The notes under the pieces: model-generated
What the model saw: the letters and a program-made list of their open reading frames with translations, nothing else
Databases searched by the model: none
Told to the model about the DNA's origin: nothing
From: Neodothiora populina
Taxonomy: Eukaryota
Length of the DNA stretch: 64,000 nt
Assembly (NCBI RefSeq): GCF_041146345.1
Contig: NW_027191407.1
Location: forward strand, 372,001 to 436,000
Direction of reading: 5' to 3'
Program-made: the position numbers and the translations under genes
In this document: positions 61,084-64,000 of the stretch, piece by piece
How the letters are laid out: every line of letters starts with the position of its first letter
Numbering within the stretch: position 1 is the first letter of the stretch

Positions 61084-63145
61084 AGTGGACCAAAAGCCAG
61101 GCAGATGGCCGAAACTTGACCTGGAATGTTTCCTTTATTTTTCTTCTGATTCTTTTTCTTCTGACTATGATACTCTGAATGGCTTGAGAGGTGGTTCTAA
61201 AGCAACGACTTTTATCACTGGGTGGTCCATCTAGGGATTGTTGATGACTCGATACACGTTGCTACGAGGCTGGGCCACGTCAGCTAAGAGACATCAGCAA
61301 TGAAAGTAAAACCAATCTTTCCATTTCAAACCTATAATGTGCCTATACATAAAGAAGATGTCAGGGGCAACTTTCAAAACCCAAATGCATATCATGAGAT
61401 AGTAGATACATCCCGCATCCACCATCTCCTTTGATCAGATCAAGCGACTATACTGTGCTGGACAGGGTGCCTCTACGGCGTATGCAGTGTAATGAAGTGC
61501 AAACTCGAGAGAAACGATAACGGTATTTTCCAGTCGAATGTCCAGATATCCGAGTTGTATTATACATTGATATTGAATTAGAAGTTCAGTGAATCGTTTC
61601 TCATCAATTTCATACATAGATTGGCATCGAGTCGACGATGCCTACGGACCCTTTTGAATCGTGTACTGATACTACTACGCGGAAGGATTGATGTCTAGAT
61701 CCAGTGGACTTCACTATACTCGCTGATCGTACAAGCGAAGGGTCGCAGATAATCATGACTGTGGGAGGGTACTGTATCTCTCCCAGCACACCTTACTTTC
61801 TACACGAACACAAGCCTCGGCAGCAACAAGGTACTAGTCAAACATAAAAGTGAATGTGGAGTGAATAGTAGACGGGCAGTGAGACCCTGACTCCGACCCC
61901 TTTATACCCTGTCTGTTTGTCTTGTGTCACCACACTTTCTAGAATAAACAACCGTCGTCATAAGAACAAACCGGTCAATGCGATCTACCTTGCAGCATGC
62001 AAAAAGAACAGCTGCATAGCTGCTACCTGTCTGTAGATAAGGTATACAAAAGTGTAAATGTACAAAGCAAAGCGACTCGTGGCCAAAAGGATTCATTGCC
62101 TCGTACTCTTGTTGACGAAGCTATTCTTGGCGGCCTTAGGCTCTGACTCGCATTCGGATTCGGATTCGGACACGGACACGGAGAGATATGAGCACCGATC
62201 CCGCGAGGAAGCGCATCACGCGGAGAAGATGTGGCGAGTGTTCCGGGCGCCATTTTGGAGAGGTACAAGATCAGAAGAATCTATGGAGAATTAGGGCCAT
62301 GTGCAACATGCATGGGTAATATCACGAGCGTGCGAAGAAAGGATTGAGGGAGCAAAATATCGTAAGTCAATCTAGATGCAGCGTAAACGCAGCCAAAAAC
62401 AATAGTGCAGCTGTCGAGCACGGCACGTGAGGCCGCGTGGGAAACAAAGCACCTTTACCATAACAAGCAGGGGGCGACGCCGAGTGCGTAGTTTGACTGC
62501 TGCCTAGAGGGAAGGAGCGATAAGGCGCAAGCATGGGCCGACAGACCGGTCCATGGGGTTTTTGGGGTTAGCAGCAAGAGACGAAACAATATCTTACAAT
62601 CCTCCCAGGCACTGGCCTCTTCTCTTCAGTTTTCACAATTGTCCTCGTTCTCAAATACTGTATTTCATGTGTCCAGCAGAAGTGCCTCGTCTTCGCTGCT
62701 CATTCACTTCCAATCCCAACTCCCCGAGCTGATCGATCGGGTTTTATACTATCATACTCCGACACGCCTGCACAGCCACACGCCACTAGCCTCGAGCATC
62801 GAAACAACCACTTCACTGTACATTCTCGTACTCGAAACCGGTCAGGTTTTGGACAGTCATACTCAGCGCAGCTCGCTCACTCTGCGACCACTCAGAGCTC
62901 GCTGCACTGTGTGACTCACAGCGAGTCACTGCAGCGCTTTCCCTCTCTTGCTGCTGCAATCCACGCAACCCCGACCCCACTCCTCGACCAGCATTGGGGT
63001 GTTGTGTACGGCGATAGTCCAGCAGTTGGCCAGCATTTCCCTGGTGCTAGCAGTCTGTATCTGGACGGACAGAGCCCTCGCTGTCCACTGCCAGATCTGA
63101 CCCTGGTCTTGTTTTAACCGAACAACGTTCTTGCCATCATCGAAC

Positions 63146-64000
63146 ATGACTTCCGCCGCAGCCCCTCCTTCCTTCTCGCACCCGCGCCGTCGCGCTGCAA
63201 GTCCGAGTCTGAATCCGGACTCTTTGATTGACTCACTCGTCAATATGTCGATCCGCAAAGGGGCTACCTTCCATACTCCGACCATCAACGATTCCGATCT
63301 GTTGGACCCCTTTGAATCCAAAACCACGACTTCAGCCCCGATTGCCCCAGCAGTTCTCCGTTCCATGACTGCTCGTTCCACAACCTGCCCCAAAGAACTT
63401 GAAGATCTCCTTGTCGGTGCTGGAGAAAGAAGAGTGGTGGAATTCCTTGCAAAAGTCGACGAGGCTGTCAATAACAAATCGGTGGAGCAACTCGGAAGCG
63501 TCTTGAGTGAGCCCGACGTCCTTCCCGTGCCCGACTTTCTTGTGGAGGGGGCGTCTGTCAACTCTCATCCTGACCATACGGAAGATCAAGCCTATGATAG
63601 CGGCCTAGGCTCGAGTATCAGTTCCGAAGGGACAATTAAAATCGAAGACGAAGACAACAATAGTACGTGTGCCCGTTTGCGTTTTCTGCGACTCCCCTTT
63701 TCATTATTCTTAGAGGTGAACCAAGTGATTGTGGAGGTACTTCCGTACCCTGGAGGCATCACCTGCTTCGCTGGCTCCATTTACCCCCCCCGTGACCATG
63801 TAATTTGCGTACTACGTGATCAGGGAGGGGCAGGCTCCTTCCTCATCTTGTCAATAGAATCCGAGCTAACTATTGTGGTATAGAGGCGAATAAGAAGAGC
63901 CGGAAACTGTCCTGCTCTGGCTCAGCCATTACCAGATCCATCTCTGGAGCTTCGGACAGTCCTCCGAAAGACACTCTCAGTCACTTTGCCATCCAGCAGA
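63146..64000 (+). CDS. Ace1/SltA-type C2H2 transcription factor, 5' part (truncated by window end); intron 63663-63883
   Basis: N-terminal SFSHPRRR, RKGATFHTPT and DSGLGSSI motifs, and SAITRS after the intron, match the Ace1/SltA N-terminus as I recall it. The zinc fingers would lie beyond the window. Confidence 0.7.

Overview
Eukaryotic genomic DNA from a filamentous ascomycete (Pezizomycotina), judged from short GT-AG introns with CTRAC branch points and fungal-specific gene families. About 17 protein-coding genes can be built by hand: RPL23, an NBP2-like SH3 adaptor, a proline iminopeptidase/amidase, SSU72, proline dehydrogenase, a Leu3-like Zn2Cys6 factor, a Vba/DHA2-type MFS transporter, ATP4, NOC4, a HOL1 orthologue, TRS23, an Esc1/DevR-type bHLH factor, a CYSTM protein, an orphan two-exon gene, TPA1/Ofd1, a secreted GH19-like protein and the 5' part of Ace1/SltA. 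The most unusual non-coding features are (1) a tandem pair of structured, tRNA-like but non-cloverleaf Pol III units at 18.8-19.2 kb, each with TATA, A box, B box and T-tract, inside an ~11 kb gene-poor island; (2) a ~975 bp TA-flanked foldback/MITE-like element between two convergent genes; (3) a structured RPL23 intron; (4) a GATA array upstream of proline dehydrogenase; (5) a short uORF upstream of HOL1; and (6) a TRS23 start codon split by an intron. All homology calls are from recognition of motifs, not from database searches.
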